Below are positions 1-9,086 of a DNA stretch of 33,430 bases, in pieces. Position numbers and translations under genes: made by a program. The DNA comes from Acidimicrobiales bacterium. Its GTDB lineage: Bacteria; Actinomycetota; Acidimicrobiia; Acidimicrobiales; JBFJYB01. The notes beneath the pieces were generated by a model. That model saw only the letters and a program-made list of their open reading frames with translations, did no database searches and was not told the DNA's origin. The stretch is from positions 1 to 33,430 of the forward strand of contig JBFJYB010000001.1 of NCBI GenBank assembly GCA_041622835.1, written 5' to 3'. Positions within the stretch are counted from its first letter, which is position 1, and every line of letters begins with the position of its first letter.

Positions 1-311
1 GCCACCATCAGCGCCGGCACGACCATGTAGAAGTGGAACGCCGGGAAGCCCGCGAACCAGTCCGGGCTCCACCCGCTCAGCCGGAGGTTGGGGAGGAGCG
101 TGTCCTTGAGGACGGCGGGACCCCACAGATGACCGGCGTTGTCGCCGCCGGTGGGAATGGTGTCGCGCACCAGCTCGGCCGGCTGGAGCTGAGCGACGAC
201 GAACCACACCGCGGTCGAGACCACGGCCAACGACACGACCGAGCCGAGCCCGGGTCGGCGGGGGCGCAGAGTGGCCCGCAGGGCCGGGGGGCGCGGATCG
301 GATCGCGGCAT
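1..311 (-). CDS. Polytopic membrane protein, N-terminal part only (gene runs off the left edge)
   Basis: This ORF is absent from the track because it has no stop in the window. Reading the minus strand from ATG (311..309) gives MPRSDPRPPALRATLRPRRPGLGSVVSLAVVSTAVWFVVAQLQPAELVRDTIPTGGDNAGHLWGPAVLKDTLLPNLRLSGWSPDWFAGFPAFHFYMVVPALMV. Third codon positions are almost all G/C, as in the secure genes. An Arg-rich N-terminus is followed by a hydrophobic helix. The GGD-x-x-H and SGWSPDWFAGFP patterns recall large actinobacterial envelope membrane proteins, but that family assignment is from memory and unverified. Confidence 0.6.
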   Translation of the reverse strand, partial: MPRSDPRPPALRATLRPRRPGLGSVVSLAVVSTAVWFVVAQLQPAELVRDTIPTGGDNAGHLWGPAVLKDTLLPNLRLSGWSPDWFAGFPAFHFYMVVPALMV

Positions 312-367
312 CGCCGCGCCATCGTTACAGCCCGGCGGCCCTCACGGGCGGCGTCGGTGGTGCCGGG

Positions 368-607
368 TCAGGCGTGGTCGCGGGGCGTGCCGGCGCCGCC
401 GACCGAGGCCAGGCGGTCGATGACCCCGTTCAGCTGGCTGGATCGGCCGTCGACGTGCCACACCCGCAGGTCGCAGTGTGAGCACGACACCATGGCGAAC
501 TCGCTTCCGTTCCTCTCCATGGAGATGCAGATGGTCTCGCCTCCGCACCGTCGACAGGTCGCGCTCACGATGGTCTCCCTCGGCTCCGCTCGTCGCCGGG
601 CCCTCAC
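368..607 (-). CDS. Small Cys4 zinc-ribbon protein (hypothetical)
   Basis: The 79-aa track ORF contains CRRC...(21 aa)...CSHC. The more likely start is GTG at 568, which is preceded by GAGGGAG 6 nt upstream on the minus strand and gives a ~66-aa product, VSATCRRCGGETICISMERNGSEFAMVSCSHCDLRVWHVDG... It sits 56 nt upstream of the membrane-protein gene on the same strand. Confidence 0.5.
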   Translation of the reverse strand: MRARRRAEPRETIVSATCRRCGGETICISMERNGSEFAMVSCSHCDLRVWHVDGRSSQLNGVIDRLASVGGAGTPRDHA

Positions 608-741
608 CCGACGTGCGATGCGGCCCAGTCGGACAACACTCTGCGTGGTTGAGCGGAAGCGCAGGGATGCCCAGCGATTCCTGCCGAATATGGGTCGCTC
701 GGCCCCCCATGGTCACGAGGCGTGAGACAATTGTCCTGCCC

Positions 742-1542
742 TCAAGCGGCCAGGAGGGCCACCACGGTCACCAGGTTGAAGCCCACGTGGGCCCAGATGG
801 CGGGGCCGAGCCGCCCGTAGCGGTGGACGAGCAGGGCCGCCACCACCCCGAAGGCGACCAGCGCCGGGAACTGGAGGATCTGGAGGTGCGCCAACCCGAA
901 GATGACGGCGGACGAGGCCGTGACCACGCTCGGGCCGAGTCGGGTGTCTGATTCGAGGGTCTTGAACACCAGACCCCGGAAGAAGAGCTCTTCGACGAGG
1001 GGCGCGCCCAGCAACACGACGACCACCAGCAGCGTCACGCCGACCGGTGAGGCGGCCTTGTCGGTCAGCGCCCTGGCCTCCTGGGACAGGTCGCGCTCCC
1101 CGAGCAGCCAGAACAGCGGGATGTAGAGCAACGGGACGACGACGATCTGGGTCGCCACGCCGGCCGCCATCCCCACGCCGACGTCGCGTCGCTCGAATCG
1201 CAGCCCGTACAGGTCGCGCAGGGTGGCGCCTTCGCGCCGGGCGACCACGAGCGGCGCTCCGAGCAGCCCGACCCACAGCGGGATCTGCAGGACGGCGATG
1301 AGCCACAGCGGGAACCCGGGCGCGGTCGCGCCGCCATCGTCGATCAGCCGCTGGCGGACGACGCGTCCCACGTAGGCACCGGGTCCGGTCGGCGCGTCGG
1401 CGTCGTAGTCGGTGGACGCCAGCGCCGCGCCGGCGACGATTGCGGTCAGGACGATCCCGATCCCCAGCCCGCCCACGATGGCGGCGACCCCGGTGCGGGT
1501 CGCGAGAGACCGGGCCGGCGACCCCGGATCGATGTTGGCCAC
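742..1542 (-). CDS. CPBP-family (CAAX/Abi) intramembrane metalloprotease
   Basis: The ORF 742..1638 carries the three CPBP motifs in order: EELFFRG (EExxxR), FGLAH (FxxxH) and HVGFN (HxxxN). Multiple hydrophobic helices are present. The start was placed at GTG 1542 (VANIDPG...). It is uncertain and could be further upstream, up to 1638. Confidence 0.8.
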   Translation of the reverse strand: MANIDPGSPARSLATRTGVAAIVGGLGIGIVLTAIVAGAALASTDYDADAPTGPGAYVGRVVRQRLIDDGGATAPGFPLWLIAVLQIPLWVGLLGAPLVVARREGATLRDLYGLRFERRDVGVGMAAGVATQIVVVPLLYIPLFWLLGERDLSQEARALTDKAASPVGVTLLVVVVLLGAPLVEELFFRGLVFKTLESDTRLGPSVVTASSAVIFGLAHLQILQFPALVAFGVVAALLVHRYGRLGPAIWAHVGFNLVTVVALLAA

Positions 1543-1640
1543 AGCCGGAGGGTAACGCCCACCCGTGGCCGGCCCGTCCCGGGCCGACCCGGCCGTCGCG
1601 CGCACCGTGAAACGGGGGTCGACCCGCCTAGCATGCATCC
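1543..1640. promoter_or_regulatory. Divergent intergenic region between the CPBP protease gene and ftsH (promoters expected)
   Basis: This rests only on geometry: two genes start back to back 98 nt apart. I could not call -10/-35 elements or a Shine-Dalgarno sequence for ftsH. Confidence 0.35.
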
Positions 1641-3608
1641 ATGGCCTCGTCGCCTCCGCCGCCCCCTCCGCCCCCGCCTCCCCCGACGCCGAAGTCGAAG
1701 GGCGGCCGGGTCGCCGGCGAGCAGGGATGGCCCCGCTGGCTGGCCTGGGCGATCTTCGCCGCCATCTTGGCCACGCTGTTCCTCCCCAGCCTCCTCAGCT
1801 CCAGCAGCGACGAGGAGATCACCTTCAACGCCTTCCTCCAGGCCGTGGCCGACGGCGAGGTGGCCGAGGTCAAGGTCAACAACAACAACGGCGAGATCGA
1901 GGGCGAGCTCACCGACGGGAGCTCGTTCTCCACCACCGGGCCCATCGAGCTGGCTGCGACCGATCGCGAGCTGATCGACGAGAAGGTCGAGCTGGTCGAG
2001 TTCTCGACGCCGACGTCGAGCTTCTGGGTCAGCATCTTGCCGCTGCTGTTGCCGGTGGCCCTGCTCATCGGGTTCTTCTGGTGGATGGCGAGGCGGCAGC
2101 AGTCGCAGATGGGCGGGATCATGTCCATCGGCCGCTCGAAGGCCAAGACCTACTCCACCGAGCGACCCGGCACCACCTTCGACGACGTGGCCGGCTACGC
2201 CGGGGTGAAGCAGGAGATCCGCGAGGTCGTCGACTTCCTGAAGAAGCCCGACAAGTTCGCCGAGGTCGGGGCCCGCATCCCGAAGGGCGTTCTGCTGGTG
2301 GGCCCGCCCGGAACCGGCAAGACCCTCATCGCCCGGGCGGTGGCCGGCGAGGCCGGGGTGCCGTTCCTGTCGGTGACCGGCTCGGACTTCATGGAGATGT
2401 TCGTCGGCGTCGGCGCCAGCCGGGTGCGCGACCTGTTCCAGTCGGCCCGCAAGCTGGGGCGGGCCATCATCTTCGTCGACGAGATCGACTCGATCGGCCG
2501 GAAGCGGGGAGCGGGTCTGGGCGGCGGCCACGACGAGCGCGAGCAGACCCTCAACCAGATGCTGTCCGAGATGGACGGGTTCGAGGCCACCGAAGGGATC
2601 GTGATGATGGCGGCCACCAACCGGCCCGACATCCTCGATCCTGCCCTGCTGCGGCCGGGCCGCTTCGACCGCCAGGTCGTCGTACCACTGCCCGAGCTGT
2701 CCGATCGGCGGGCCATCCTCGAGGTGCACGCCCGCAGCAAGCGCATGGCGCCCGACGTCGACCTCGACGTGCTGGCCCGGGGGACGCCCGGCATGAGCGG
2801 CGCCGACCTGGCCAACCTCGTCAACGAGGCCGCGCTCTACGCCGTGCGCAACGAGGACAACGCCATCAACATGCAGCACTTCGAGCAGGCCCGCGACCGC
2901 GTGATCATGGGCCAGAAGCGCGAGTCGATGGCGCTCTCCGACGAGGAGAAGGAAGCGATCGCCTACCACGAGAGCGGCCACGCCGTGTGCGCCGCGCTGC
3001 TGCCCACCGCCGACCCCCTCCACAAGGTGACGATCATCCCGAGCGGGATGGCCCTGGGCGTCACCATGCAGCTCCCCCAGGAGGAGCGCCACATCTACCG
3101 CAAGGACTACATCGAGGACTCGCTGGTCGTGCGGATGGGTGGCCGGATCGCCGAGGAGATCGTCTTCGACCAGATCTCCACGGGCGCCAACGACGACCTG
3201 GTCGGGGCCACCGAGCTGGCCAGGAAGATGGTGCGCGAATGGGGCATGAGCCCGCGGGTCGGTCCCATGGCCTGGGGCAGCCAGGGCGAGGTGTTCCTGG
3301 GCGACGACATCATGCACACCCGCGAGTACAGCGACGAGACCGCGCTGCTCATCGATCAGGAGGTCGGCGAGATCCTGCGGACCCAGGAGGAGCGCTGCCG
3401 CCATCTGCTGACGACCCATCGTCGTGCGCTCGACCTCGTGGCGCAGGAGCTGCTCGCCCAGGAGACCATCGACGGCGAAGACGTCGCCCGCCTCATCAAG
3501 GAGGCGGCCGACAGCGAGGCCCACGAGGCCGGCGAGCCGGTCGAGGCCGAGGACCGCTCCCTCCCCGGAGAGGCCGCGCTGGTGCCCGGCGACGACCCCG
3601 GGTCCTGA
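1641..3608 (+). CDS. ftsH: ATP-dependent zinc metalloprotease FtsH
   Basis: The 655-aa ORF has Walker A GPPGTGKT, Walker B IIFVDEID, the AAA second region of homology [19 protein letters not shown], and the zinc site HESGHA. Two TM segments ([13 protein letters not shown] and [21 protein letters not shown]) flank a short external domain. An in-frame TAG at 1629 makes ATG 1641 the first possible start. Confidence 0.97.
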   Translation: MASSPPPPPPPPPPPTPKSKGGRVAGEQGWPRWLAWAIFAAILATLFLPSLLSSSSDEEITFNAFLQAVADGEVAEVKVNNNNGEIEGELTDGSSFSTTGPIELAATDRELIDEKVELVEFSTPTSSFWVSILPLLLPVALLIGFFWWMARRQQSQMGGIMSIGRSKAKTYSTERPGTTFDDVAGYAGVKQEIREVVDFLKKPDKFAEVGARIPKGVLLVGPPGTGKTLIARAVAGEAGVPFLSVTGSDFMEMFVGVGASRVRDLFQSARKLGRAIIFVDEIDSIGRKRGAGLGGGHDEREQTLNQMLSEMDGFEATEGIVMMAATNRPDILDPALLRPGRFDRQVVVPLPELSDRRAILEVHARSKRMAPDVDLDVLARGTPGMSGADLANLVNEAALYAVRNEDNAINMQHFEQARDRVIMGQKRESMALSDEEKEAIAYHESGHAVCAALLPTADPLHKVTIIPSGMALGVTMQLPQEERHIYRKDYIEDSLVVRMGGRIAEEIVFDQISTGANDDLVGATELARKMVREWGMSPRVGPMAWGSQGEVFLGDDIMHTREYSDETALLIDQEVGEILRTQEERCRHLLTTHRRALDLVAQELLAQETIDGEDVARLIKEAADSEAHEAGEPVEAEDRSLPGEAALVPGDDPGS

Positions 3609-3621
3609 GCCGGACCGGGCG

Positions 3622-4035
3622 TTGGAGCGCATAGCCGTCGCGGTCGCGGTGATCGTGGCGGCCGCGGTGATCGCCCTCGTGGTCCAGCGCCGCCGACCCG
3701 ACGCACCGAGCACCGGCAACTACGACGTCCCGGCCCAGCTCGATCGTCGCGAGTTCCTCGACCCGACCGCGCCGTGGCTTGCCGCCGTGTTCACGTCGGC
3801 GTCCTGCGAGTCCTGTGCGGCGGTGTGGGCGACGGTCTCGGGGCTGGCCGGTGGCGACGTCGCCGCCCAGGAGGTCGAGCTCGGCGCCCGCCCCGACCTG
3901 CACAGCCGGTACCGCATCGAGGCCGTGCCCACGACCGTGATCGCCGACGATCAGGGCGTGGTGCGCGCCTCGTTCCTCGGTCCCGTCGACCGCGACACGG
4001 TGGCCCGGTCTCTCGACGAGCTGGACGTGTCCTAG
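3622..4035 (+). CDS. Membrane-anchored thioredoxin-fold protein (CxxC = CESC)
   Basis: This is the frame of track ORF 3424..4035. The part before 3609 overlaps ftsH, so the start was placed at TTG 3622 (LERIAVAVAVIVAAAVIALVV, a TM anchor). The thioredoxin-like layout is ...AAVFTSASCESCAAVW...RYRIEAVPTTVIADDQGVV...LDEL. The start is approximate. Confidence 0.65.
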   Translation: MERIAVAVAVIVAAAVIALVVQRRRPDAPSTGNYDVPAQLDRREFLDPTAPWLAAVFTSASCESCAAVWATVSGLAGGDVAAQEVELGARPDLHSRYRIEAVPTTVIADDQGVVRASFLGPVDRDTVARSLDELDVS

Positions 4036-4048
4036 GCCCCGGGGCCGC

Positions 4049-5788
4049 TCAGCTGAAGCCGAGGAGCTCGGGGGTGACCAGCTCGCCCCCGACCGGGGTC
4101 GCCATGGCGGTGACGAGGCCGGCGACCCCGACCGGCGCCAGGGAGCGCTCGGCCACCACCGGGGCGGTGGCCTCGATCACGAGCAGGAAGACCCCCGGAT
4201 CGACCAGCTGGCCCAGGTCGGGGATCTCGAGCCGACGACGGGGAGCCAGCTCGATGTCCTGCAGCTCGGCCACCGGGGTGACGTCGGCACCGGTCACGAC
4301 CGACACGCTGACCCGGCTGATGGTGACGAACGACGGGTTGACCACCGCCACCTGCTCTCGGACGGTGTCGGAGACCTCGTTGAGCCCGACGACGAGCCGG
4401 GTCGACGCCAGCGGCGCGCCCATCGTCATGGCGACGCCACCGCGGACGGGCTCGGGTCCGGGCATCGCCGGGTCGGCGGGCTCGGCCGGGTCGGGTTCCT
4501 CGGTCTCGGGAGACAGCGAGCCGTCCAGCGGCTCGTCGGTTCCGGCGTCGGCCGGGTCGCCGGCCCCTCCCCCGCCGCCGTCAGGCTCGTCGGCCGGCTC
4601 GGCGGGCTCGGCGGGCGGGTCGCCGGCTCCTTCGGTTCCGGGTGCCACCGCGGTGCGCACCCGCTCGGCGACCACTGGCACGCCGTTGAACGACACCACC
4701 CCGACCCAGTGATCGACGCCGACCGGCACCCGCGCGCCGGTCGCCACGGTGACGGTGGTGGACTTCGGGTGGACCGGGGTGTCGTTCACGACGACCACGA
4801 CGCGCTGGCGGGGCGGGACGGTCAGCTCGAACGGCTCGACCTGGCCGTTCTGGTCGGGGTTGTCGAGGCGGACCTCGACGTCGACCTCGGCCGAGACCTC
4901 GTTCGGGTTGTACACCACATAGCTGTCGGTGACGCCGGGCGAGGTCTCGCCCAGCGGGAAGATCCACTGGAGCGCGGTCTGGGGTGCACCGGCCGAGACC
5001 GACAGCCCGGTGAGCCCGCGGCTTCCGTCCCACGTGACCAGGCGGTCGGCGACCAGCCGCCCGGCCTGGACCGCGACGGTCGTGGAGAGCTGGTCCCAGC
5101 GGCTGACGACCTCGGTCACGTCGACGGGCACCAGCGACCCGCCCGGGACCACCAGGTTGTCGAACCGTTGCGGTGCGCGACCCCCGTCGTCGGTCGCGAA
5201 GGTGATGTCGACGACCGCCTCGTCGGGGAACGGGTTGAACAGGGCCAGCACCTGGCGGGCATCGCGGCTGGTCGCGCCGCCAGGGAAGTACCAGTTCTCC
5301 GAGGCCGCCGTCGAGCAGGGCGCGCTGCCGGTCCCCGTCGGGCCGGACACGACGTGCTCGACCACGACCTCACTGCTGTCGAGCTCGAGCAGTGCCGCCG
5401 CATAGCCGGCACCGATCAGCTCGGCCAACACCAGCCGCTCGACGGCACCGGGGGCGACGCGTATCGCAGCGGTGACCGGCGGGACCGCCAGCACTGTCTC
5501 GTCGGCGGCGATCTGGGCGCCGTAGACGGTCATGGTGCCGCTCACGTCCCGATCGCCCGGGTTGGCCACCACGACCTCGTGATCGGCGAACCCCGCCGGG
5601 GCCACCGTCCCGCCCGCGCAGTACCAGGTCGAGCCCAGCGCGCCCCCGGGAGGGGCGGCCGGCATCGACGACGGGCTGGTCACGTCGAGGGTCGACTCCG
5701 CGCTCGGGCGTTCCCGCTGGTCGAGGATCACGAGCCCGGCCACGACCGCGGCGATCACGACGATGGCGGGCCACCGGGGAAACCTCAT
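4049..5788 (-). CDS. DUF5719-like secreted/anchored protein with repeated beta-sandwich-type modules
   Basis: The track ORF 4049..7696 is a composite. ATG at 5788 (MRFPRWPAIVVIAAVVAGLVIL, a signal anchor) overlaps the upstream gene's stop by 4 nt (ATGA). The recurring signature W-Y-(C/F)-x-G-G (STWYCAGGT, ENWYFPGGAT) followed by NP-rich strands is what I associate with DUF5719. A 70-aa acidic/Pro linker lies near the C-terminal module. Confidence 0.75.
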   Translation of the reverse strand: MRFPRWPAIVVIAAVVAGLVILDQRERPSAESTLDVTSPSSMPAAPPGGALGSTWYCAGGTVAPAGFADHEVVVANPGDRDVSGTMTVYGAQIAADETVLAVPPVTAAIRVAPGAVERLVLAELIGAGYAAALLELDSSEVVVEHVVSGPTGTGSAPCSTAASENWYFPGGATSRDARQVLALFNPFPDEAVVDITFATDDGGRAPQRFDNLVVPGGSLVPVDVTEVVSRWDQLSTTVAVQAGRLVADRLVTWDGSRGLTGLSVSAGAPQTALQWIFPLGETSPGVTDSYVVYNPNEVSAEVDVEVRLDNPDQNGQVEPFELTVPPRQRVVVVVNDTPVHPKSTTVTVATGARVPVGVDHWVGVVSFNGVPVVAERVRTAVAPGTEGAGDPPAEPAEPADEPDGGGGGAGDPADAGTDEPLDGSLSPETEEPDPAEPADPAMPGPEPVRGGVAMTMGAPLASTRLVVGLNEVSDTVREQVAVVNPSFVTISRVSVSVVTGADVTPVAELQDIELAPRRRLEIPDLGQLVDPGVFLLVIEATAPVVAERSLAPVGVAGLVTAMATPVGGELVTPELLGFS

Positions 5789-8700
5789 GCGAGCTCCTCC
5801 GATCGGAGGGCCTCGCTGGCGGCGCGGTCGACGGCGACCAGCCGCAGCAGGACCACGACGACCAGTCCCCACAGCACGGCCTGGCCGATCCGGCCGAGAC
5901 GCTGCGAAGAGGAGGTCTCGAATCGCAGGACCGCCTCGCCCGCGTCCGGCACGGCGAAGAGGTTGGCCCAGCCGAAGGCCTCGCTCCGCAGCGCCCGGGA
6001 GCCTCCGAGGTCGAGCCGCCAGCCCTCGTCGGACGGCGTCGAGAGGTAGAGGTCGGTCGACGCGGAGAGCGGCCCGCGCAGCTCGTCGAGACGCTCGCCG
6101 GTGAGCGGCATCGTCGCCCCGGTCAGGTCGATCCGGGCGGCGTCGTCGAACGACGAGGCGCCGCCGACCAGCCCCTGCTCGACCTGGGCGGCCAGCGGGG
6201 CCCACGACGAGTTGTGGTACACGACCAGGCCAGGGCTCAACTCCACCCGCTCCAGGTCGAGCTGCTCGGACAGCACGGCCAGCAGGCCGGCCGGCGCCGC
6301 CGACTCGAGGGTCCCGAACGGCGCCGGCGCGATCCGCTCGGGGAGCACCAGGTAGCGCACGCCGAACGGCGCGAGCAGCCGACCCAGCCGGCTGGTGCCT
6401 CGATCGAGCGCGATCTCGATGGCGTCGACGATCAGCTCCGCCGGTTCCTCCCGGGGACCGGGCCAGCGGTCGAGCAGCGTGCCCAGGCCGTCGGTGGTGA
6501 GCGCGAACCCGACGCCGTCCGCCAGCTCCCATGCGCCAGCCGGCAGCGTGTCGGGATCGCCGAGCCACAGCACCCGGAACGCGTCGTCCTCGACCGCTTC
6601 GTCCTGGATGAACCGCAGCGTCGTCGCGAAGTCCCGTTCGGCCGCCTCCCACCTCCCGTCGAAGGTCGACCCGAGGATCGGGACCACCGCGGCGGCCAGT
6701 GCGACCGCGGCCGTCACCGGGACGGCTTGCCGCCATCCGAACCGGTACCGCCTCAGGTCGACCTCGAAGGCGGCCATGCCCATGGCAACGGCCAACGCCA
6801 GCCCCGCAGCGGCCGGCGCCAGGAGCACCTCGGGACGGGGCAGCCCGACCGGGAGCAGGCCGGCCTCGCCGACCCACGCCAGCGCGACCGAGCCGAGGTA
6901 GAGCGACCAGCCCCGTATCGCCCAGGCGAAGCGCCCACCGGTCCCCAGCACCAGGGGCAGGACCGCGGCGATCGGCAGCGCCCAGCCCAGGGTGCCGCCG
7001 CCGATGGGCCCGGTGTCGAGGCGGAGCAGGTCGACGAGGCTCAGCTCGCCTCCGTTGCTGGAGCGGACCCCGAGCACCAGATCGGGATCGCCGCGCACCA
7101 GGTCGAGGCTCCACGGGAGGTTCAGGGCGAAGGCGACCACGATCGCACCGGTCGCGACGGCGATCGCCCGGCGGGCGCCGACCACCATCCCGCACAGTGC
7201 GGACCCCACCACCGCGGTGACGACGATCAGCACGACGACCGCCAGCGCCACCGGCGCCATGGCGGCGACGATGCCCAGCAGCAGGCCCAGGGCCAGTACC
7301 TCGCGGGCCGGAGACGGTGGCAGGACGCCCGGACCGCTGGGCCCGTCGAGCGGTCCGAACGGGGTCTGCCGCCAGGCCCGGGCGACCCCACCGAGAATCC
7401 ATGGAGCAGACCCGTAGACGACGAGGGCGGTCAGCGATCCGTTGGCGATGGCGTTGTAGGGGATCGGTGCCGCGAGGTACGCGATCACCGAGACGACCTG
7501 CGCCCGCCTCGACCCGAACGGCGCGACCAGCCGGTACGAGCCCAGCGCGCCGAGCGGGATGAGCCCGAGCACCAGCAGCGTCCGCAGCAGACCGGTGGCG
7601 CCGCCGAAGGGCCAGCTCAACAACCCGAGCAGCCACAGCCCGGTCGGCGCCGCCCCGGCCCGGCCAAGGCCCGTCGGTTGCCAACCGCTCCACCATCGAC
7701 CGAGGACGTCGCGGCCACGGTCGGGGAGGTCGGCCAGCTCCCCGATCGCCGGGATGCCGTCACTGATCAGATGCCGGCTGCCCAGCACCAGCACCACGAT
7801 GGCGGCCACCCACGTCCCGATGGTCGCCTGGGTCGATCCGGAGCGAAGCGCGGCCATCAGCGCCTCGCCGCGGCCCGACGTGGTCGAGTCGGCTCGCTGT
7901 CGGATGAAGTGGGTGACCGGAGCGAAGCCGCCGACCTGGTGGGTGCGGACGTCTCGGTCGGGTAGCTGGCGGAGGGCGCGGTTGCGACGCCGCTTCCGCA
8001 GGATCGACCCCGTCCTGGCCAGGTTCCACGGCCACGCCGACAGGCCGGCCCGCAGACGGTCGAGTCGCGCCGTGAACAGCGAGTAGACGGCATCGAGCAG
8101 GGTGAGGATCAGCGCCTGAGGGACGACCCTCAGGAGGTGGGCGGGTCCGTAGTTGCTGAGCATGGCCCGCAGCTCGTGGCGGCGCTGGAGCCGGAGCTGC
8201 TGCAGGTCGGGGCGCCGCTCGGCGAGGCTCTCACGGTGACGAACGACCGCCGACGGGACGACGAGGACACGTGCTCCGGCGAGGTGGGCCCGCCAGCCGA
8301 GGTCGACGTCCTCACCGCGGAAGGTCATGGCCGGATCGAATCCACCCAGCGCCCGGAACAGGTCGGTCCGGACCAGCGTGCAGGCCCCGGGGACGGCGAA
8401 CAGGTCCCTCACCGCGTCGTGCTGTTCCTGATCGAGCTCTCCCGGCTCGGCGACGGGCAGGGTCGCGCCCATCTTGTCGACGTCGATGCCGACCTGGCGC
8501 AGCCGCTCGGGCTCGTCCCAGTCGACGAGCTTGGGACCGGCGACACCGGCGTTGGACCGCACCGCCTCCTCGACCAGCAGGCGCACGGCATCGGCCCGCA
8601 GCGCGATGTCGTCGTGGCAGATCAACAAGAACGGCGAGTTGAGGTCGAGGTCGAGCAGCTCGTTGGCGGCCGGCCCGAACCCGTTCCGGGAGTCGACAGG

Positions 8701-8979
8701 ATGGACGCGGGCGTCGGGAACCACCGCTCGGACGCGGGTCGCGAGGCCGGGGTCGGCGGCGGTGTCGAGGACGACGAGCGACAGGCGGGGGTAGTCCTGG
8801 GCGTGGAAGGAGGCCAGCGTCTCCTCGAACCACGGTCCTGGCTCGTGGGCCACGACGACCGCGGTCACGGCCGGCGCTACCGGCCGCCGCTCGACGTCCC
8901 GGTCGCCCGACGAGGGGGTCGGAACGGCAGTCTCCACTGCTGCGGCAGAGTACCCGGCCGACCCCGTGATGTCCCACAC
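5785..8979 (-). CDS. Family 2 glycosyltransferase fused to a large polytopic membrane domain
   Basis: The ORF is 5785..9180. The N-terminal GT2 fold reads VVVAHEPGPWFEETLASFHAQDYPRLSLVVLD...FLLICHDD...FRGEDVDLGWR. It is followed by at least 10 hydrophobic helices, then a ~300-aa soluble region closed by a last TM helix (IGQAVLWGLVVVVLLRLV). The start was set at GTG 8979 because the Arg-rich stretch upstream looks non-coding. The start is uncertain by tens of nt. Confidence 0.85.
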   Translation of the reverse strand: MWDITGSAGYSAAAVETAVPTPSSGDRDVERRPVAPAVTAVVVAHEPGPWFEETLASFHAQDYPRLSLVVLDTAADPGLATRVRAVVPDARVHPVDSRNGFGPAANELLDLDLNSPFLLICHDDIALRADAVRLLVEEAVRSNAGVAGPKLVDWDEPERLRQVGIDVDKMGATLPVAEPGELDQEQHDAVRDLFAVPGACTLVRTDLFRALGGFDPAMTFRGEDVDLGWRAHLAGARVLVVPSAVVRHRESLAERRPDLQQLRLQRRHELRAMLSNYGPAHLLRVVPQALILTLLDAVYSLFTARLDRLRAGLSAWPWNLARTGSILRKRRRNRALRQLPDRDVRTHQVGGFAPVTHFIRQRADSTTSGRGEALMAALRSGSTQATIGTWVAAIVVLVLGSRHLISDGIPAIGELADLPDRGRDVLGRWWSGWQPTGLGRAGAAPTGLWLLGLLSWPFGGATGLLRTLLVLGLIPLGALGSYRLVAPFGSRRAQVVSVIAYLAAPIPYNAIANGSLTALVVYGSAPWILGGVARAWRQTPFGPLDGPSGPGVLPPSPAREVLALGLLLGIVAAMAPVALAVVVLIVVTAVVGSALCGMVVGARRAIAVATGAIVVAFALNLPWSLDLVRGDPDLVLGVRSSNGGELSLVDLLRLDTGPIGGGTLGWALPIAAVLPLVLGTGGRFAWAIRGWSLYLGSVALAWVGEAGLLPVGLPRPEVLLAPAAAGLALAVAMGMAAFEVDLRRYRFGWRQAVPVTAAVALAAAVVPILGSTFDGRWEAAERDFATTLRFIQDEAVEDDAFRVLWLGDPDTLPAGAWELADGVGFALTTDGLGTLLDRWPGPREEPAELIVDAIEIALDRGTSRLGRLLAPFGVRYLVLPERIAPAPFGTLESAAPAGLLAVLSEQLDLERVELSPGLVVYHNSSWAPLAAQVEQGLVGGASSFDDAARIDLTGATMPLTGERLDELRGPLSASTDLYLSTPSDEGWRLDLGGSRALRSEAFGWANLFAVPDAGEAVLRFETSSSQRLGRIGQAVLWGLVVVVLLRLVAVDRAASEALRSEELA

Positions 8980-9086
8980 CCCACCGCGGGCCGACACCGC
9001 TACCGTGGATCCGGCCCGTCGAGCCCGCCCCGGCGGAGGCCGCACCCACCCATGATCCCGGCTCCCACCCCCATGACCCCGGCCCC

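Noticed and set aside
33-725. 230-aa plus-strand ORF at the left end, together with 77..322(-), 342..716(-) and 478..951(+)
   Set aside because: They overlap the better-supported minus-strand membrane-protein fragment (1..311), the Zn-ribbon ORF and the CPBP gene. Their composition is Arg-rich and no motifs are present.
1446-3719. 757-aa ORF antisense to ftsH. Similar long ORFs opposite other secure genes include 4709..6049, 6214..7965, 8137..9090, 9244..10509, 10503..11471, 11153..12289, 12277..13473, 13227..14207, 14919..16562, 16562..17512, 17272..18351, 19097..20119, 20601..21254, 21840..23198, 23641..24546 and 27730..29070.
   Set aside because: These are shadow ORFs typical of ~70% GC DNA. 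Their translations are Arg/Gly/Pro/Asp-rich low-complexity strings with no recognisable motif. Each fully overlaps a gene with clear family signatures in another frame or on the other strand.
4035-4046. Palindrome GGCCCCGGGGCC between the convergent trx-like and DUF5719-like genes, considered as a terminator
   Set aside because: It is a 12-nt perfect palindrome with no loop and no U-tract. The whole gap is only 13 nt, which is too little to call a terminator.
5789-7696. Upper part of the 1215-aa track ORF 4049..7696
   Set aside because: It overlaps the GT2-membrane gene in another frame and translates to Arg/Gly/Pro-rich sequence. The credible protein begins at ATG 5788 with a signal anchor, and that start overlaps the upstream stop (ATGA).
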